64,000 nt of DNA from an uncultured Terrimonas sp. (GTDB lineage Bacteria; Bacteroidota; Bacteroidia; Chitinophagales; Chitinophagaceae): assembly GCA_964518685.1 (NCBI GenBank), contig CAZFGP010000001.1:28892-92891 (forward strand). The letters are read 5' to 3'. A model generated the notes under the pieces. It saw only the letters and a list, made by a program, of their open reading frames with translations, was not told the DNA's origin and ran no database searches. Below, piece by piece: positions 29,150 through 39,875 of this stretch. Position 1 is the stretch's first letter. Each line of letters begins with the position of its first letter. The translations under genes were made by a program, and so were the position numbers.

Positions 29150-30553
29150 TTATCCTAATCCTAATTCAAAATGCCGTTCGGGTATATTTACATCCATAAA
29201 ACCTTTTTTTAACAAACGGTTTTTGAAATCCTGTTGAACATCATATTCACCATGAACCAGAAACAGCGTTTTTATTTCCCTTGGATTCTGGCAGGCCAGA
29301 AATTGTGAGAGATCTTCATAATCACCATGTGCACTCATACTTCTTATGGATCCAATCTCCGCATTCACTTCGTGCATCACCCCATAAATACTGGCTTCTT
29401 TTGCGCCGGACAATAACCTGCCGCCTAAGGAATGGGGTTCACAATAGCCGGTAAATAAAATGGTGTTTCTGCTGTTTTCAATAGTATTGCTGATATGATG
29501 CTTTACTCTTCCTCCCTCGGCCATTCCACTGGCGGAAATGATTACGCAAGGCTCATTCCTGAAATTGAGCCGTTTTGAATCCTCAACTGATTTAATAAAT
29601 TTCAGCCCGTTAAAACCAAACGGATCGTTATCTGTTTTTAATATCCGCTGGATAGAATTATTGAAATACTGAGGATATCTTTTGATGATCTCCGTTGCTT
29701 TCACACTCAACGGACTATCAACAAAGTAATCCAGTTGCGGCAACCTTCTTTCAAGCTCCAATTGATTAAGAGCAAACAGTATTTCCTGAGTTCGTCCTAC
29801 ACTGAATGCCGGTACCACTAATTTTCCTTTTTTCTGAAAGCAGGCTTTTTCAATCCAATGCAAAATTTGATCTGGGGTGGTGGAGTGTTGATCGTGAAGA
29901 CTATTTCCATAAGTTGATTCCAAAATGATATAATCGGCCTGTGGAAAATTTTGTGGCGACCGAAGAATAACATCCCGGTAACGACCCACATCTCCGCTAA
30001 AGGTTAAACGGGTGGTTCTTCCATTTTCAGTGATTCTTAAATGCACTGCCGCACTTCCAATAATATGACCAACATCCGTGTACAGCAATTCAACCCCTTC
30101 ATCAACAACATACCAGTCGCCATAATCCACTGTCTTAAAAAAATCAAATGTTTTCCGGGCATCTTCCAGGGTATATAACGGCTCCAGATATCCTTGTCCG
30201 GATGCTGCTCTCCGTTTGTTAATATACCTGACGTCATCTTCCTGAATTTCGGCAGAATCCTCCAGCAATACCCGGGTAAGGTCGAGGGTAGCCGGGGTGC
30301 ATAAAATCTTTCCTTTAAAACCGTCCTTCACCAATTTGGGTATCAGACCCGTGTGGTCAACATGGGCGTGTGACACGATCAGAAAGTCAATATCCGTCGG
30401 TTCAAATCCCCAATCTCTGTTTAATACATCCGTTTCACTTCCCAACCCCTGAAACATGCCGCAATCAAGAAGTATCTTTTTTCCGTTTTTTAACGTGATT
30501 AAATGTTTAGAACCTGTAACCGTACGGGCAGCGCCATGAAATGCTATCTTCAT
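29150..30553 (-). CDS. MBL-fold beta-CASP ribonuclease-like protein
   Basis: VTGS, DCG, SHAHVDH, GHIIGS, FSGD, ESTYG, PAFSVGR, SAHGD and LVHGE motifs. Confidence 0.92.
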   Translation of the reverse strand: MKIAFHGAARTVTGSKHLITLKNGKKILLDCGMFQGLGSETDVLNRDWGFEPTDIDFLIVSHAHVDHTGLIPKLVKDGFKGKILCTPATLDLTRVLLEDSAEIQEDDVRYINKRRAASGQGYLEPLYTLEDARKTFDFFKTVDYGDWYVVDEGVELLYTDVGHIIGSAAVHLRITENGRTTRLTFSGDVGRYRDVILRSPQNFPQADYIILESTYGNSLHDQHSTTPDQILHWIEKACFQKKGKLVVPAFSVGRTQEILFALNQLELERRLPQLDYFVDSPLSVKATEIIKRYPQYFNNSIQRILKTDNDPFGFNGLKFIKSVEDSKRLNFRNEPCVIISASGMAEGGRVKHHISNTIENSRNTILFTGYCEPHSLGGRLLSGAKEASIYGVMHEVNAEIGSIRSMSAHGDYEDLSQFLACQNPREIKTLFLVHGEYDVQQDFKNRLLKKGFMDVNIPERHFELGLG

Positions 30554-30648
30554 ATTATTATTTCTGATTACTAAGGTAGGGGTAAAAGATTATTGAAGAA
30601 CAAAATTTGAAGCAAAGAAGTTCAAAACACAGCAATAGAACTTCCTTC

Positions 30649-32589
30649 CTATTTCGTCAAGACAGTCATTTCTGTTCTGCGGTTTGCCGCTCTCCCCTTT
30701 TCAGTATGGTTATCACCTATCGGCATAGAGGCGCCAAACCCTTTATATTTCAAACGGGCTGCATCAATTTTATGATCAATAAGATAATCCACTACTGCTT
30801 TAGCACGATTTTCAGAGAGTTTCAAATTTTCGTCTGCATTACCCGTATTGTCAGTATGTCCACTGATCATAACCGAAATCTCAGGGTTATCGTTCAATAA
30901 GGAAACCACACGATTCAACTCTGTAACAGAAGCGGGTTGTAGCTGAAACTGATTGACGTCAAAAAAAATATTTTTTAACACCACAGAGGCATTCGTTTGA
31001 ATGGGTTGTAATGCTATATCTATAGTATAGGTTGAATCAGCCACTTTTTGACTGAAAGGGAAACTCTCCGAAAAAAATAAATATCCTTTTCGGTTTACGT
31101 TAAAAGCATAATCTTTTCCCAATGGCAGGGTGATAAGATACTCTCCGTTTTCATTGGTTTGCACTTTCATCAGCGTCTGACCGGTCTTTATCTCAATTAA
31201 TTCTACAGCCGATGGCAGGCCCTCCCTGCTGTTGCGATCATATATTCGTCCCTGTACCCATAAGGTCTTGTGCGGCCGTATATCTTCCCTCAATTCAAAA
31301 GTATAAATATCCAGTCCGCCTCGTGTGTCTGCCCGGTCACTTGCATAATAGGCTGTTTTACCATCGGCAGCAACAATCATACTGCCTTCGTTTTCTATTG
31401 TATTTATAGGATATCCTAAGTTCTCAATCTCATCCCACTTCCCATTTGGCTGCTTTCGGGCCAGAAACAAATCGTCTCCCCCATAGCCGGTTAATCCATT
31501 GGAGGTGAAATACAGGGTTTGATTATCGGCATGAACAAAAGGACAACTTTCATCACCTGACGTATTAATTTCAGGACCCAGATTCTCGGGATTTCCCCAA
31601 TGTCCATTGGGCATACGCCGGGAGACATAGATGTCTTTTCCGCCATAACCACCAGGGCGATTGCTGGAAAAATACAATTCACGTTTATCCGGTGAAAGGC
31701 AGGGTGATGATTCCCAGAATTCACTATTTACCGGTTCCCCCAGGTTTTCAGGGCTGCTCCAGCCCTTTGGAGTAAGGGTTGAAAAAAACAAGTCGCAACT
31801 CCCTAACCCTTCAGGAAAATTACATCCGGTAAAAACGAGCCATTCCCCGTCCTGCGAAATATTCTGCGCTCCTTCATTAAAATTGCTATTGATATCCCCA
31901 TCTATTCCTCTGGCCTTTGTCCATCCACTCTCTGTTATCTGATTGCTGTCTTTTCGGTAGCTGACGAAAAAATCTTCATTATGTCCACCCACTCTTCTGG
32001 TAAATACCAGGGTATTACCGTCAATAGTAACGGAGGGATAATATTCCAAATCGCGGGTATTGATGCTGTCGCCGGCATTTAAAGGCGAAAAGACATAATT
32101 TTGGATTTGATGATGATTTTGGTAGTCTACTGCAAACGAAAAAGAGCGTTTTCTGTATTCTCCCGCCTTTCGGCTCAGGTCATTAATTTCTTCAATAGAA
32201 AGAAAACTATTTACTGCTTCAAGTGCAGCCTCAAAACGACCCGCTCCTGCAAGATTTATAGCATAAGGCAGGCGGTAATCTTTAGTATATTCCGCATCCA
32301 GCAAAAAGGCCTGTTCATAAGATGCAGTACTACTATCGTAATACTTCATCTCTCCGTATATCCCGGCCCTGGTAAGCCATCCATCCACAAAACGTTTATC
32401 CACGCCGATGGCCTGATTAACCAGCCGGATAGCCGCTTCATATTCTCCGTTCCGGGCTTTGTCTAAACCAAGATTATATAGATTTAAAGCCTTTTTATGA
32501 ACTTTTTCAGGGCGATATTGTTGTGCAAAAGAACGGCCTGCCGGCACGATAAAAAACCATGCAAAAATTATGAAAAGCCTCACTATCAT
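30649..32589 (-). CDS. TPR + PD40 beta-propeller + OmpA-like peptidoglycan-binding protein (PorE-like architecture)
   Basis: N-terminal TPRs, PD40 repeats (ESSPCLSPDKRELYFSSNRPGGYGG) and an OmpA domain (GHTD, LSENRA, NRRTE). Confidence 0.88.
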   Translation of the reverse strand: MIVRLFIIFAWFFIVPAGRSFAQQYRPEKVHKKALNLYNLGLDKARNGEYEAAIRLVNQAIGVDKRFVDGWLTRAGIYGEMKYYDSSTASYEQAFLLDAEYTKDYRLPYAINLAGAGRFEAALEAVNSFLSIEEINDLSRKAGEYRKRSFSFAVDYQNHHQIQNYVFSPLNAGDSINTRDLEYYPSVTIDGNTLVFTRRVGGHNEDFFVSYRKDSNQITESGWTKARGIDGDINSNFNEGAQNISQDGEWLVFTGCNFPEGLGSCDLFFSTLTPKGWSSPENLGEPVNSEFWESSPCLSPDKRELYFSSNRPGGYGGKDIYVSRRMPNGHWGNPENLGPEINTSGDESCPFVHADNQTLYFTSNGLTGYGGDDLFLARKQPNGKWDEIENLGYPINTIENEGSMIVAADGKTAYYASDRADTRGGLDIYTFELREDIRPHKTLWVQGRIYDRNSREGLPSAVELIEIKTGQTLMKVQTNENGEYLITLPLGKDYAFNVNRKGYLFFSESFPFSQKVADSTYTIDIALQPIQTNASVVLKNIFFDVNQFQLQPASVTELNRVVSLLNDNPEISVMISGHTDNTGNADENLKLSENRAKAVVDYLIDHKIDAARLKYKGFGASMPIGDNHTEKGRAANRRTEMTVLTK

Positions 32590-32694
32590 ATCTTAGAAAA
32601 GATAACGAAGCTATTCAAAATTTATTCCATACAGATAAAGAAAATGTTAAGTTGAGATCCTTGTTAAATAAAGACGATGATGCTTATTAAGAGA

Positions 32695-33279
32695 CTACTT
32701 TTTCTTTTTCTGACTTTTGGGGGCAAAAATAATTAACATACGTTTACCTTCAAGCTTGGGCATGCCTTCGGGGGCACCCAGTTCAGCCAAACGTTCCGCA
32801 AATTTAAGAAGAAGCAATTCACCCCTTTCTTTAAACATGATGGCCCGTCCTTTGAACTGTACATAGGCTTTCACTTTATTGCCATCCTTCAGAAATTCTT
32901 CTGCATGTTTGGCTTTGAAGTTAAAATCATGTTCATCGGTATTGGGAGTAAAACGTATTTCCTTTACTTCAGAGATCTTAGAGCTGGCTTTCATTTCCTT
33001 CTCTTTTTTCTTCTTTTCATAAAGGAACTTACTATAGTCTATAATCTTGCAAACGGGAGGATCCGCATTGGGAGATATTTCAACAAGGTCCAGGTCCTGT
33101 TCTACAGAAAGCCGTAATGCGTCCTGAATTGAATACACGCCAGCTTCCACATTATCGCCTACCAGCCTTACCTGCGGCACTCTGATCATGTGGTTGGTAC
33201 GGTGTTCCTGTTGCTGTTCTTTTCTGAAACGGGGATTGAAATTACCTCTGGAAAAATGCGGTCTTGGTGGAAATGCCAT
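32695..33279 (-). CDS. infC: Translation initiation factor IF-3
   Basis: [36 protein letters not shown] and FKGR motifs. Confidence 0.97.
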   Translation of the reverse strand: MAFPPRPHFSRGNFNPRFRKEQQQEHRTNHMIRVPQVRLVGDNVEAGVYSIQDALRLSVEQDLDLVEISPNADPPVCKIIDYSKFLYEKKKKEKEMKASSKISEVKEIRFTPNTDEHDFNFKAKHAEEFLKDGNKVKAYVQFKGRAIMFKERGELLLLKFAERLAELGAPEGMPKLEGKRMLIIFAPKSQKKKK

Positions 33280-33410
33280 TTACGTTTTTTAAAGTGATGC
33301 TCCTTTTTCGGAGCTTTTAATGGTTTTTTATTTGTATTAAAATTAACTTTTTATTGCGATTAATGATGCAAAGAAACAATTTTTTATTCGTCTGCATTTA
33401 TTTTTTACGG

Positions 33411-35339
33411 TTATATCCTGTTCTTTATTTCCCCGGTTAATTCATTTTTAAAAACTTCAATCTCTTTTGCTCCCAAATCTCCCTGCCCGTGCTTTCTTAT
33501 CGAAACCTTATATTCATTCATTTCCTTCTCCCCAACGATCAGCATATAAGGAACTTTTGCTATTTCCGTATCCCTGATTTTTTTGCCAATCTTTTCTGGT
33601 CTGTCATCAATCTGCGCACGAATATCTGCATTTTTTAAGGATTCCAAAACATTTTCAGCATAACCCATATACTTATCACTGATAGGTAAAATCTTAACCT
33701 GCAAAGGCGCCAGCCACACTGGAAAATTACCTGCATAATGCTCCAGCAAAAACCCAATGAATCGTTCATGAGTTCCCAGCGGCGCCCGGTGAATAATCAA
33801 AGGGGTTTCCGATGTATTTTCTTTAGTTGTAAACTCCAGTTTAAACCGTCTTCCCTGCGCAAAATCCACCTGGTTGGTTGCCAGCGTAAACTCTCGCCCT
33901 ATTGTACTCCATATCTGCACATCAATTTTAGGGCCATAAAAAGCTGCTTCATCCTGCACTTCCACAAAGGGTGTTTTAGTGCGTACCAGCACATCTCTCA
34001 CAAGGGCTTCGGTTTCCATCCATAAAGTGGGTTCATCCACATATTTCTTACCCAGCTTGGAAGGATCGTGCAGGCTAAGTCGCATCACATATTTGTCAAT
34101 ACCGAATATCTTAAAATACTTAAGATACATCTCATTGACGGATTTGAACTCCTCATAAAACTGTTCTCTTGTGCAATAAATATGCGCGTCATTCATATGC
34201 AGACAGCGTACCCGCATTAATCCAAATAATTCGCCACTTTGTTCGTAACGATAACAGGTGCCATATTCAGCAAGACGATAAGGCAGATCTTTATAGCTTC
34301 TGGGTTCTGCCGCAAAAATTTTATGATGATGCGGACAGTTCATTGCTTTAAGATAATATTTCACCCCGTCCAATTCCATAGGGGGATACATGCTATCCTG
34401 ATAATAAGGCAGATGCCCGCTTGTAAGATAGAGATTTTCTTTCGCAATATGTGGGGTAACCACTCTTTTATATCCTGCCCGCTCCTCCGTATCCTTAGCT
34501 AACTTCTCTAATTCTTCAATAACAATAGCGCCATTCGGCATCCATAATGGTAATCCCGGTCCAACTTCATCATCAAAAGTAAAAATACCCAACTCTTTTC
34601 CCAGTTTCCGGTGATCCCGTTTTTTCGCCTCCTCCAGCATATGCAAATACTCATCCAATTCTTTTTGATTAGGAAAAGTAATTCCATATACGCGGGTAAG
34701 TTGTTTGTTTCTTTCATCCCCCTTCCAATATGCACCGGCAATATTGGTGAGCTTTATAGCCTTAATTAAACCCGTTTGAGGAATATGGGGACCACGACAC
34801 AAATCTGTAAAAGCACCCTGTGTGTAAAAAGTAATGCTGCCGTCATCAAGATTCTGCAGTAAATCAAGTTTATATTCATCCCCCTTATCTTCAAAGTATT
34901 TTACAGCCTCGGCCTTGGTTATCTCCTTTCGGATATAAGGATTGTTCTGTTTAGCTAACTCGTTCATCTTTTTTTCAATAGCAATCAGATCTTCCTCACT
35001 CAGTTTTCTGTTGCCCAAATCCATATCGTAATAAAACCCGTTTTCTACCGGAGGACCCACCCAAAACTTTACTCCCGGAAACTGAGATTCCACAGCCTCC
35101 GCCATTAAATGAGCAGAAGAATGCCAAAAAGTAGATTTCCCTTCTGCCTCATCCCAGGTAAGTAACTTTAACGTGCTATCGTTATAAATGGGACGGACGG
35201 CATCCCATACCTGTCCGTTAACAGAAGCTGCAAGCACTTTTTTTGCCAGTCCCTGACTGATTGATTTTGCAATATCCATTGCTGAAGTTCCCGGCTGGTA
35301 TTCCCGTACGGCGCCGTCTGGAAAAGAAATTTTCATCAT
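33411..35339 (-). CDS. thrS: Threonine--tRNA ligase
   Basis: TGS domain, HSSAHLMA, DLCRGPH, RDHRKLG, MNCPHH, AAFYGPKID and HRAPLG motifs. Likely start ATG 35339. Confidence 0.98.
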   Translation of the reverse strand: MMKISFPDGAVREYQPGTSAMDIAKSISQGLAKKVLAASVNGQVWDAVRPIYNDSTLKLLTWDEAEGKSTFWHSSAHLMAEAVESQFPGVKFWVGPPVENGFYYDMDLGNRKLSEEDLIAIEKKMNELAKQNNPYIRKEITKAEAVKYFEDKGDEYKLDLLQNLDDGSITFYTQGAFTDLCRGPHIPQTGLIKAIKLTNIAGAYWKGDERNKQLTRVYGITFPNQKELDEYLHMLEEAKKRDHRKLGKELGIFTFDDEVGPGLPLWMPNGAIVIEELEKLAKDTEERAGYKRVVTPHIAKENLYLTSGHLPYYQDSMYPPMELDGVKYYLKAMNCPHHHKIFAAEPRSYKDLPYRLAEYGTCYRYEQSGELFGLMRVRCLHMNDAHIYCTREQFYEEFKSVNEMYLKYFKIFGIDKYVMRLSLHDPSKLGKKYVDEPTLWMETEALVRDVLVRTKTPFVEVQDEAAFYGPKIDVQIWSTIGREFTLATNQVDFAQGRRFKLEFTTKENTSETPLIIHRAPLGTHERFIGFLLEHYAGNFPVWLAPLQVKILPISDKYMGYAENVLESLKNADIRAQIDDRPEKIGKKIRDTEIAKVPYMLIVGEKEMNEYKVSIRKHGQGDLGAKEIEVFKNELTGEIKNRI

Positions 35340-35369
35340 AATTATTCCTCCTGTTCCTAAAAAAGAGAG

Positions 35370-35377
35370 CAAATTTA
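35370..35377 (-). promoter_or_regulatory. -7 promoter box TAAATTTG for thrS
   Basis: TAnnTTTG about 30 bp upstream of the thrS start. Confidence 0.5.
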
Positions 35378-35444
35378 ACGAACTATTGGCGTATCATTTC
35401 ACTTCATAGGGGTTATTCCTTAGTATTAAGACTATTTTTGCTCT

Positions 35445-36488
35445 ATGAAAGTTTGGTTTCTGCTGTTTCTTTTATTTTGTACCTACCAGGGAATAAGCCA
35501 GAACCTCAACGGACAGTGGCACGGCACTTTTAATTCGGCCAATAATATTGTAGCGGGTGAAGGAGACACTGAATATATTTTAGAACTGTCTATTGATGGC
35601 GATAAGGTAACGGGATACTCCTATTCATATTTTAACTACCCCGAAAAGAGATACTATGTAATATGCAGATTAGAAGGCAACTATGAGGCGGCCAGCAAAT
35701 CTGTTATAGTAAATGAAGAAGAAAGAATTAAAGGCAATACCCCCGGCAATTGGGGCGATTGTTTGCAAACCCATATCCTCACTTATCTGAAACAAGGCAA
35801 CTCAGAAAAACTGGTAGGGCGATGGAGAGGCTATCGTCCTGATGGTTGCGGAGTAGGCAGCACTGAATTGGAAAGAAAGAGCCTGACACGGACTGCGCCG
35901 CCACCGGCCGCAAAAAAAACAACCTCCTCACCGAAGTCTACTCCGGCACCTAAAAACAGCCAGGGAATCACTTCCAACGAACCAAGGCAAAGGCAGACAC
36001 CAGTTGCAAAATCTACTCCTGCCAAGCCTAAAACACAACCACCTACAACGGATGAGAACATCAGCAGTAAACCGCAAAAAATAGCAGGAACAGATAAATC
36101 CGCTTTACCGGAGGTGCCTTCACCTATCGTCTCCGGTTACACGAAAAGAAGTAAAAATATTTTAAAAGTTATTGACCTCCCCATCCATGAAGAGATCAAA
36201 GTAGATTTTTACGATAACGGGGAAATTGATGGGGATACTATCTCGGTTTTTTATAATGATAAACTCTTGTTATCTAAACAGGGATTAACAGACAAACCAT
36301 TAACCCTTAAAATAAAGTTCGATACTACCCGCGAGGAGAACGAACTGGTAATGTATGCCGATAACCTCGGAACCATACCCCCCAATACAGCGCTAATGGT
36401 CGTTACTGTGGCAGGGAAACGCCATGAAGTCTATATAACTTCCACAGAAAAGTCGAACGGTACTGTACGGTTTAGAAGAAAAGAATAA
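35445..36488 (+). CDS. Secreted two-domain hypothetical protein with Pro/Thr/Lys linker
   Basis: Signal peptide, N-terminal beta domain (LNGQWHG), low-complexity linker, and C-terminal FYDNGEIDGD...ADNLGTIPPNTA domain. Confidence 0.75.
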   Translation: MKVWFLLFLLFCTYQGISQNLNGQWHGTFNSANNIVAGEGDTEYILELSIDGDKVTGYSYSYFNYPEKRYYVICRLEGNYEAASKSVIVNEEERIKGNTPGNWGDCLQTHILTYLKQGNSEKLVGRWRGYRPDGCGVGSTELERKSLTRTAPPPAAKKTTSSPKSTPAPKNSQGITSNEPRQRQTPVAKSTPAKPKTQPPTTDENISSKPQKIAGTDKSALPEVPSPIVSGYTKRSKNILKVIDLPIHEEIKVDFYDNGEIDGDTISVFYNDKLLLSKQGLTDKPLTLKIKFDTTREENELVMYADNLGTIPPNTALMVVTVAGKRHEVYITSTEKSNGTVRFRRKE

Positions 36489-36564
36489 AAGAAGAATGGC
36501 AACTTTAAATATCGCAAGCCATTCTAAAGGTAAACTCCGGGTAATATAGAATATTACGCAGATT

Positions 36565-37374
36565 TTATGACATTTTTTTCAGCGCTTCTTTTGCTGCCCT
36601 AAAATCTTTATCCAGCCCCAGCGCTTTCTGATAATTCAGCTTTGCTTCATCCTTATTTCCCAACGCTTCCATACACCTGCCCGTCTGGTAATAGGCTTCC
36701 GCAAAAGTATGGCTTACCTGAATGGCTCTGCCAAAAACCTGTAAAGCTTCGGTATATTGCTTTTGATCGTATAATAATAATCCTTTTTCAATATAGGCAT
36801 CGAGGAAAGTATAATCGTTTTTGATACAATCGTCAAACTGTTTTTCCGCCTTTTTTTTATCATTAATATTGGAATAATATAAGCCCTTAATAAACCTGGC
36901 TTGCGATGCAGTTCTAACGTCTTCCGTACTATTGATAATCTGGTCACCAACTTTTATCGCTTCCGAATCGGAGCGGTTGGCATACACAGCAGCCAATTCC
37001 AATAAGGCTTCACTAAAAACAGGGGCATCCTGCAGTGCTCTTTTTAATGAAACCATCCCCGAAACGGTATCTCCTCCCTGCAATTCTATTATCCCTCTTT
37101 TATACCATAAACCTGCATTTGAAGAATCCAGGTACAAAAGAGTGTCATTTTCCAACAACGCTTCCTTCAATTGCCTGTTCTGCAACAAGCGATCCATCAA
37201 AAGATAGCGAAGTCCTGCGGAATCGGGATTCATCTTTACCGCCTGTTGCAAATGAACTATAGCAGTTGACAGATCATTTTCTGCTGCAGCATCTTCTCTG
37301 TCGGATGATGACTTGCAAGCCCAACTCCCTGCCAGTAACAGGAAGACGCCAAAACTAAGCCAATGCTTCTTCAT
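36565..37374 (-). CDS. TPR lipoprotein
   Basis: Lipobox SWAC and multiple TPRs. Overlaps the purL stop by 20 bp. Confidence 0.85.
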   Translation of the reverse strand: MKKHWLSFGVFLLLAGSWACKSSSDREDAAAENDLSTAIVHLQQAVKMNPDSAGLRYLLMDRLLQNRQLKEALLENDTLLYLDSSNAGLWYKRGIIELQGGDTVSGMVSLKRALQDAPVFSEALLELAAVYANRSDSEAIKVGDQIINSTEDVRTASQARFIKGLYYSNINDKKKAEKQFDDCIKNDYTFLDAYIEKGLLLYDQKQYTEALQVFGRAIQVSHTFAEAYYQTGRCMEALGNKDEAKLNYQKALGLDKDFRAAKEALKKMS

Positions 37375-39577
37375 GATGCAAGTATTTTTCTATAGTGGTA
37401 TCATATTTTTCTTTCCAGGTATTAATTCCTCCCCAATCCTGCCCGTTTGCTATCACTTCACCTTTTGTTACCTGTCCCAACTTTTCAAAAGGCACCCCTT
37501 CCGTACGCAGCAATGCTTCCATCTTTTCGGCTTTTTCAGAACTAACAGAAACGACTACTCTGCTCTGGGACTCTCCAAACCAGAATGCATCCGCGCGGGT
37601 TTTAGAATTATCGTTTACCTGAAAACCAAGGTTTCGGTTAAACCCGCTCTCACAGAGAGCAACAAACAAACCGCCTTCGCTCACATCATGAGCAGAGGCA
37701 ATAAGCCGTTTTTTTATCAAAGCGCTGACCGCCTGTTGCAAACGAAATTCCTCTTCGAGGTCGAAATGAGGGACAGGAGAGAATTCCACACTATGTAATT
37801 TGTGCAGATATTCTGAAGAGTTGATATCATCACGGCTTTGTCCTACCAGATAAATTATATCCCCCGGTTCCTTGAAATCCAAAGTCATCTTGCTGTCTAA
37901 ATTGTCCAATAAACCAACCATTCCAATGGTAGGCGTTGGGTAAATTGCTCCTTTAGGATGTTGGTTATAAAAACTCACATTACCGCCGGTTACCGGAGTG
38001 TCAAATTTTATGCAGGCTTCACTCATGCCTTTAATGGCATATACAAACTGGTAATACACCTCAGGATCATAAGGATTGCCGAAGTTAAGGCAGTTCGTAA
38101 CCCCCAGGGGCGTACCACCACTGCACACAATATTCCTTGCCGCCTCGCTTACCGCTATCATACAACCTATATAGGGGTCTGCAAAAGCATAGCGACTGTT
38201 GCAATCTGTAGTTACGGCCAATCCCTTGGTTGTTCCCTTTACCTTTACTATCGGAGCGTCACTGGGTGCATTGGTAGCTGTATTAGCCGTACCCACCATA
38301 CTGTCATATTGTGTATAAATCCAACGCTTAGAGGCTATATTAGGGATTGTAATTATTTTCTCAGCAACAGCTTTCAAATCGCCGGGAACAGGTATGGTGG
38401 AAGAGTCAAAAAATTTTACCTTTTTCAAATATGCCGGTTCTCTATATTCTCTTTCATAAACCGGGGCGCCTCCACCTAAAACGAGGCTTTCTGCCGGCAC
38501 TTCCGCCTCCAGTTCGCCCTGCATATAAAAGCGCAGCATGCCATCGGTAGTTACTTCGCCAATCTGAGAGCAGGGTAAATCCCATTTTTCAAAGATCCGG
38601 TATGCCTCTTCCTCCCTTCCTTTTTTCACAATCAGCAGCATCCGTTCCTGACTTTCACTCAATAACAGTTCCCACACCTTCATATTGTGTTGCCGGGTTG
38701 GCACTTTATCCAAATCAATTCGCATCCCCACACCGCCTTTGGCACTGGTTTCAGCCGTTGAACAGATGATTCCTGCCGCTCCCATATCCTGCATCCCCAC
38801 TAAGGCGCCAGTAGGTATAAGCTCCAGGCAGGCCTCTAATAATTTCTTTTCCTGAAAGGGATCGCCAACCTGCACAGCAGGCAGATCTTCTACGCTGCTC
38901 TCTGTTATATCTGCCGAAGCAAAAGCTGCTCCACCGATACCGTCTTTACCGGTAGCCGAGCCCACAATAAATACCGGATTCCCCTCTCCTTCCGCCGTCG
39001 CGCTCACCGTTTGACCTGCCTTTACCACACCCACACTCATTGCATTCACCAGGGGATTAGTATGATAGCATTCCTCAAAATAAACTTCACCTCCAACGGT
39101 TGGAACACCAAAACAGTTGCCATAATGCCCGATACCCTGAACCACACCATTTACTAAATGCTGGGTTTTTTCTTCTTCTAAATTCCCAAACCGAAGAGAA
39201 TTTAATGCTGCAACAGGACGTGCCCCCATGGTAAAAATATCACGATGTATACCACCCACCCCCGTTGCTGCACCCTGAAAAGGCTCTATAGCTGAAGGAT
39301 GATTATGACTTTCAATCTTAAACACCACTCCCCAGCCGTCGCCGATATCGGCAAGTCCGGCATTTTCTTCTCCCGCCTTAACCAGCAGTTTTCCACCTTC
39401 CCGTGGTAGTGTTTTCAACCATTTTATAGAATTTTTATAGCTGCAATGCTCACTCCACATCACGGAGTAGGCGCTCAATTCATTAAAATTGGGAGTTCGT
39501 CCGAGAATGGATTTAATCATCTCAAATTCTTCCGGAAGAAGCCCAAGTTTTTTGGCGGTTTCTACTGTTATTTCCAT
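37355..39577 (-). CDS. purL: Phosphoribosylformylglycinamidine synthase subunit PurL (small type)
   Basis: [50 protein letters not shown] and HDVSEGG motifs. Confidence 0.97.
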   Translation of the reverse strand: MEITVETAKKLGLLPEEFEMIKSILGRTPNFNELSAYSVMWSEHCSYKNSIKWLKTLPREGGKLLVKAGEENAGLADIGDGWGVVFKIESHNHPSAIEPFQGAATGVGGIHRDIFTMGARPVAALNSLRFGNLEEEKTQHLVNGVVQGIGHYGNCFGVPTVGGEVYFEECYHTNPLVNAMSVGVVKAGQTVSATAEGEGNPVFIVGSATGKDGIGGAAFASADITESSVEDLPAVQVGDPFQEKKLLEACLELIPTGALVGMQDMGAAGIICSTAETSAKGGVGMRIDLDKVPTRQHNMKVWELLLSESQERMLLIVKKGREEEAYRIFEKWDLPCSQIGEVTTDGMLRFYMQGELEAEVPAESLVLGGGAPVYEREYREPAYLKKVKFFDSSTIPVPGDLKAVAEKIITIPNIASKRWIYTQYDSMVGTANTATNAPSDAPIVKVKGTTKGLAVTTDCNSRYAFADPYIGCMIAVSEAARNIVCSGGTPLGVTNCLNFGNPYDPEVYYQFVYAIKGMSEACIKFDTPVTGGNVSFYNQHPKGAIYPTPTIGMVGLLDNLDSKMTLDFKEPGDIIYLVGQSRDDINSSEYLHKLHSVEFSPVPHFDLEEEFRLQQAVSALIKKRLIASAHDVSEGGLFVALCESGFNRNLGFQVNDNSKTRADAFWFGESQSRVVVSVSSEKAEKMEALLRTEGVPFEKLGQVTKGEVIANGQDWGGINTWKEKYDTTIEKYLHHEEALA

Positions 39578-39608
39578 GTATAAATTGATATCAAAGTAAA
39601 GGAAGCGG

Positions 39609-39616
39609 CAAAGCTA
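39609..39616 (-). promoter_or_regulatory. -7 promoter box TAGCTTTG for purL
   Basis: TAnnTTTG about 31 bp upstream of the purL start. Confidence 0.55.
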
Positions 39617-39875
39617 CGAAATGGGACTGAATATTAAGAAGACAGGAATGTCGGGAGCAGCAATCAGGCGGTTAATAGATATTATGAGTCTATTGATTTT
39701 TTTCAAGGATATAAGTTGAATTCTTCTTCGTTTCTACGCGGCTTCTCTATGCTATGTCCTGGCGCCTGAATTGGACGCTGCAAGTTCTAGCCATCACCTT
39801 TGTTTTGTAGCATTTACTCTTTTTTAAGTAGCTTTATTACTCATTCTAAACCTATTTTTTATAATTAAACCGATC

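Noticed and set aside
37958..38479. 173-aa plus-strand ORF and similar nested ORFs inside secA, thrS and the GH genes
   Set aside because: Antisense or alternate-frame shadows of well-supported genes.
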